From Longimicrobiales bacterium (GTDB taxonomy: Bacteria > Gemmatimonadota > Gemmatimonadetes > Longimicrobiales > Gaopeijiaceae): 64,000 bases of DNA. The notes under the pieces are model-generated. The model saw only the letters and a list, made by a program, of their open reading frames with translations. It made no database searches and was not told where the DNA came from. How positions within the stretch are numbered: the first letter of the stretch is position 1; each line of letters begins with the position of its first letter. Below are positions 60,090 through 64,000 of the stretch, piece by piece. The position numbers and the translations under genes are program-made. The DNA lies in the NCBI GenBank assembly GCA_965198065.1, contig CBDAON010000004.1:2144001-2208000 (forward strand), written 5' to 3'.

Positions 60090-60646
60090 GGGCCCCGGGC
60101 GCTCGAAGCCCCCAGGGCGGCGCGGCCGCGCTCTTCCTGGCCGTCACGATCGTGGGATCGGAAGGGCCGGCTCCGACCCTTCCGGTGACGGCGGCGGTGT
60201 GGCTTCCGGCGCGGGCCGCCGGGCCCGGCGCTCTGCCGGCCCCCCGCCCCACGCTGGCGTCGGACACGATCGAGGTCGCGTCGAATCCCCTGGAGGGGGC
60301 GGCGCGCGCGTTCGCGCGCGCTCTGCTCGACCCGTCCGGGGACGCTGTGGACGGTATCCTCGGCTCGGGCGGGATTCGACTCCAGCTCGACGCGGCCGCG
60401 CACGCGGGCCTTTCGTCCCGCCAGGCCGTGGCCTCTCTCCGCGACTTCCTGCGTGAGTACGAGGGCGCGCAGACGGCGGTGACCCGGGCTGCCCCGGTCG
60501 CGGGGTCACCGGACCGCGGCTTCGCCGAGGTCCACTGGTCGGCGAGGGTCGCGGGGACGTCGCAGGCGCTCCGGCGCGTGCTTTTCGTCGGGCTCGTCGA
60601 GATCTCGGGTGAGTGGCGGGTGGACGAGATCCGATTCGTCCCGTGA
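60086..60646 (+). CDS. Hypothetical exported protein
   Basis: Overlaps both neighbours by 4 nt; C-terminal NTF2-like ending EWRVDEIR. Confidence 0.6.
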   Translation: MRAPGARSPQGGAAALFLAVTIVGSEGPAPTLPVTAAVWLPARAAGPGALPAPRPTLASDTIEVASNPLEGAARAFARALLDPSGDAVDGILGSGGIRLQLDAAAHAGLSSRQAVASLRDFLREYEGAQTAVTRAAPVAGSPDRGFAEVHWSARVAGTSQALRRVLFVGLVEISGEWRVDEIRFVP

Positions 60647-62085
60647 ACCTGCGCCTCTACAACACGCTCTCCCGCCGGCTGGAGACCTTCGAGCCCCTAG
60701 CCCCGGGGAAGGCGACGATCTACGGCTGCGGGCCGACCGTTTACGGCCACGCGCACATCGGAAACTTCCGCACCTTCCTCTTCTACGACCTCGTGCATCG
60801 CTATCTAGCGTGGAAGGGGCTCCGGGTCCGTTTCGTCATGAACCTGACGGATGTGGACGACAAGACGATCCGGGCCGCGAGGGAGGCGGGGAAGACGCTG
60901 ACCGAGTACACGAAGCCCTTCGCCGAGTCGGTTATCGCGGAGTCCGACACCCTCGGCATCCGCCGGCTCGAGCGATATCCGCGAGCCACGATGTACATCG
61001 AGGAGATGGGCTGGCTGGTGAATCGGCTTCTCGAGGGAGGCCTGGCGTACCGGACCGACGACGGCTCGGTGTTTTACGACATCTCCGCGTTTCCGGGCTA
61101 CGGGAAGCTTTCGGGGACCGACCTCGAGGCCGGCCGCCCCGGGGAACGGGTCCAGGAGGACGATTACGGGAAGGACGACGTCCGGGACTTCGCGCTATGG
61201 AAGGGGGTGAAGCCTGGAGACGAAGAGGTGGGTGCGGCCTGGGACACGCCATGGGGAAAAGGACGCCCCGGTTGGCACCTCGAGTGCTCCGCGATGGCGC
61301 TCTCCGAGTTGGGTCAGACCATCGACCTGCACCTCGGTGGCGAGGACCTGGTCTTCCCGCACCACGAGGACGAGATCGCCCAGAGCGAGGGGGCGACGGG
61401 CCTCCCGTTCGCGCGGTACTGGCTGCACGTAAAGCACCTGCGCGTGGAAGGGAAGAAGATGTCCAAATCGGCCGGGAACTTCATTACCGTGCGGGATCTC
61501 CTGGATGAGGGGATCTTCCCGGCAGCGATCCGGCACCTCCTCATCTCCGCCCAGTACCGGAGCGACCTCAACTTTACGAGGGAGGGGCTTGAGGGCTCCA
61601 CGAAGGCGGTGAGGCGGCTGCTCGATTTCGAGGAACGTCTGAGCGCGCACCCGGTGAGCTCCGATGCGGCGCCCACGTCCCTGCCGGTCCTCGCGGACGA
61701 GGCCATGGCCTCGTTCACCGAGGCCATGGACGATGATCTGAACGTCTCGGGGGCGTTCGGAGCCCTCTTCGTGCTCCTCAATCGGACGAACACGCTCCTG
61801 GACGGGACGCCGGCTATCCAGCCGGTCGAGCGGGATCGGGCCCGGTCGGTCCTGGTCTCCCTGGATGAGGTCCTGGGGCTCCTTGAGGTTGGGCGCCGCG
61901 AGCGCGCGGTCGACCCCCAGCTCCGTGGGTGGGTCGAGGAGCGTATCGAAGCGAGGGCCCGGGCCCGAGACGAGAGGGATTGGGCGGCCGCCGACGCCAT
62001 CCGCCAGGAGCTCCTTGCCAGGGGGATCGTGCTGGAGGACGGGCCCGCCGGAACACGCTGGAAAGTCAATCCACACAACGGTTGA
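60643..62085 (+). CDS. cysS: Cysteine--tRNA ligase
   Basis: CGPTVY, HIGN, GRPGWHLECSAM, FPHHE, KMSKS. Confidence 0.96.
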   Translation: MNLRLYNTLSRRLETFEPLAPGKATIYGCGPTVYGHAHIGNFRTFLFYDLVHRYLAWKGLRVRFVMNLTDVDDKTIRAAREAGKTLTEYTKPFAESVIAESDTLGIRRLERYPRATMYIEEMGWLVNRLLEGGLAYRTDDGSVFYDISAFPGYGKLSGTDLEAGRPGERVQEDDYGKDDVRDFALWKGVKPGDEEVGAAWDTPWGKGRPGWHLECSAMALSELGQTIDLHLGGEDLVFPHHEDEIAQSEGATGLPFARYWLHVKHLRVEGKKMSKSAGNFITVRDLLDEGIFPAAIRHLLISAQYRSDLNFTREGLEGSTKAVRRLLDFEERLSAHPVSSDAAPTSLPVLADEAMASFTEAMDDDLNVSGAFGALFVLLNRTNTLLDGTPAIQPVERDRARSVLVSLDEVLGLLEVGRRERAVDPQLRGWVEERIEARARARDERDWAAADAIRQELLARGIVLEDGPAGTRWKVNPHNG

Positions 62086-62110
62086 CACCCCTGAAAGGGT
62101 CTTATAAAAT
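62082..62110 (+). promoter_or_regulatory. Near-consensus sigma70 promoter of the tRNA-tuf operon
   Basis: TTGACA(62082)-N17-TAAAAT(62105). Confidence 0.85.
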
Positions 62111-62126
62111 GAAAAGCTCTGTTCTC

Positions 62127-62199
62127 GCTGACGTAGCTCAATTGGTAGAGCAGCCGCCTTGTAAGCGGCAGGTTGTGGGTTCGAGTCCCGCCGTCAGCT
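62127..62199 (+). tRNA. tRNA-Thr(TGT)
   Basis: Acceptor GCTGACG/CGTCAGC, anticodon loop CTTGTAA, GTTCGAG T-loop. Confidence 0.95.
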
Positions 62200-62258
62200 C
62201 CTTCGCCGTGCTCAGTGACCACGCCCCGCGTGTCGTGCGCACGGCGAAACGCTTGTGA

Positions 62259-62341
62259 GGTGGGGTACCGAAGCGGTCAAACGGGGCAGACTGTAAATCT
62301 GCTGGCTCAAGCCTTCGTAGGTTCGAATCCTACCCCCACCA
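62259..62341 (+). tRNA. tRNA-Tyr(GTA)
   Basis: Acceptor GGTGGGG/CCCCACC, loop CTGTAAA, long variable arm. Confidence 0.95.
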
Positions 62342-62415
62342 TGGCTCAGCCGGCGCCCCGGGAAGGCCGCGAGGACACCCGCCGGAGGGGAGGAAAGAAA
62401 CACAGCGCTCGCCAT

Positions 62416-62489
62416 GCGGGAGTAGCTCAGTTGGCTAGAGCATCAGCCTTCCAAGCTGAGGGTCGCGGGTTCGAGTCCCGTCTCCCGCT
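62416..62489 (+). tRNA. tRNA-Gly(TCC)
   Basis: Acceptor GCGGGAG/CTCCCGC, loop CTTCCAA. Confidence 0.95.
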
Positions 62490-62521
62490 CTCCGGTCCAG
62501 CTTGGAGGACCGGGCAGCAAG

Positions 62522-62593
62522 GCTCCGGTAGCTCAGGGGTAGAGCACTTCCTTGGTAAGGAAGGGGTCGAGGGTTCAACTCCCTCCCGGAGCT
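62522..62593 (+). tRNA. tRNA-Thr(GGT)
   Basis: Acceptor GCTCCGG/CCGGAGC, loop TTGGTAA. Confidence 0.95.
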
Positions 62594-62607
62594 CTGTGGG
62601 GAGGCGG

Positions 62608-62675
62608 GGATCCTGTGGGGGCGAGGATCCGACGACACGGAGAGAAGGATCCGGCGGGGGCGAGGACCCGACGAC
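62608..62675 (+). repeat. Two 29-nt direct repeats in the tRNA-Thr/tuf spacer
   Basis: GGATCCnGnGGGGGCGAGGAyCCGACGAC at 62608 and 62647; 3 mismatches. Confidence 0.7.
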
Positions 62676-62724
62676 CGGCGTCGCGCTGGACTGATCGACG
62701 GAACTTCAAGAGGCGACCACACCG

Positions 62725-63924
<1,200 letters not shown>

Positions 63925-63930
63925 CCACCC

Positions 63931-64000
63931 TTGGTCGGCCGGATCCGTATTCGACTGAAGGCCTTCGACCACTGGGTCGTGGACCAGACTGCGTCGGACA
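63931..64000 (+). CDS. rpsJ: 30S ribosomal protein S10 (5' part, truncated by the window edge)
   Basis: TTG start; (M)VGRIRIRLKAFDHWVVDQTASD matches the S10 N-terminal signature IRIRLKAFDH. Confidence 0.9.
   Translation, partial: MVGRIRIRLKAFDHWVVDQTASD

Noticed and set aside
62127..62593. tRNA-anchored integrative element
   Set aside because: No integrase and no duplicated tRNA 3' end in the window.

Overview
This is a very GC-rich bacterial chromosome segment. The gene set and several conserved hypothetical proteins suggest Gemmatimonadota/Longimicrobiales, which is an inference and not a database result. It is mostly core genome: ilvN/ilvB, a fused 2-oxoacid dehydrogenase E1, coaE, nrnA, fur, cls, ccdA, anmK, nrdJ, rocD, rnd, pyk, pgi, smpB, pyrD/pyrF, cysS, a Thr-Tyr-Gly-Thr tRNA cluster, tuf and the start of rpsJ. 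Points of interest: (1) an ECF sigma / zinc-finger anti-sigma / TonB-dependent receptor / Zn-ribbon / HmuY-like cluster; (2) an acidic S-layer-like lipoprotein behind a consensus sigma54 + IHF promoter; (3) a ~320-nt hairpin-dense intergenic element that may be an unannotated ncRNA; (4) a 424-aa intein with an apparently inactive LAGLIDADG endonuclease in NrdJ, with tandem NrdR boxes upstream; (5) CoaE-PHP and PyrD-PyrF fusions; (6) divergent, probably leaderless ilvN and ilvB; (7) a tuf with a tufB-type upstream context and a tufA-type downstream context. Five frame breaks in four otherwise intact genes point to indel errors in the assembly, so fusions and pseudogenes need read-level checks. 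I saw no CRISPR array, prophage or IS element.
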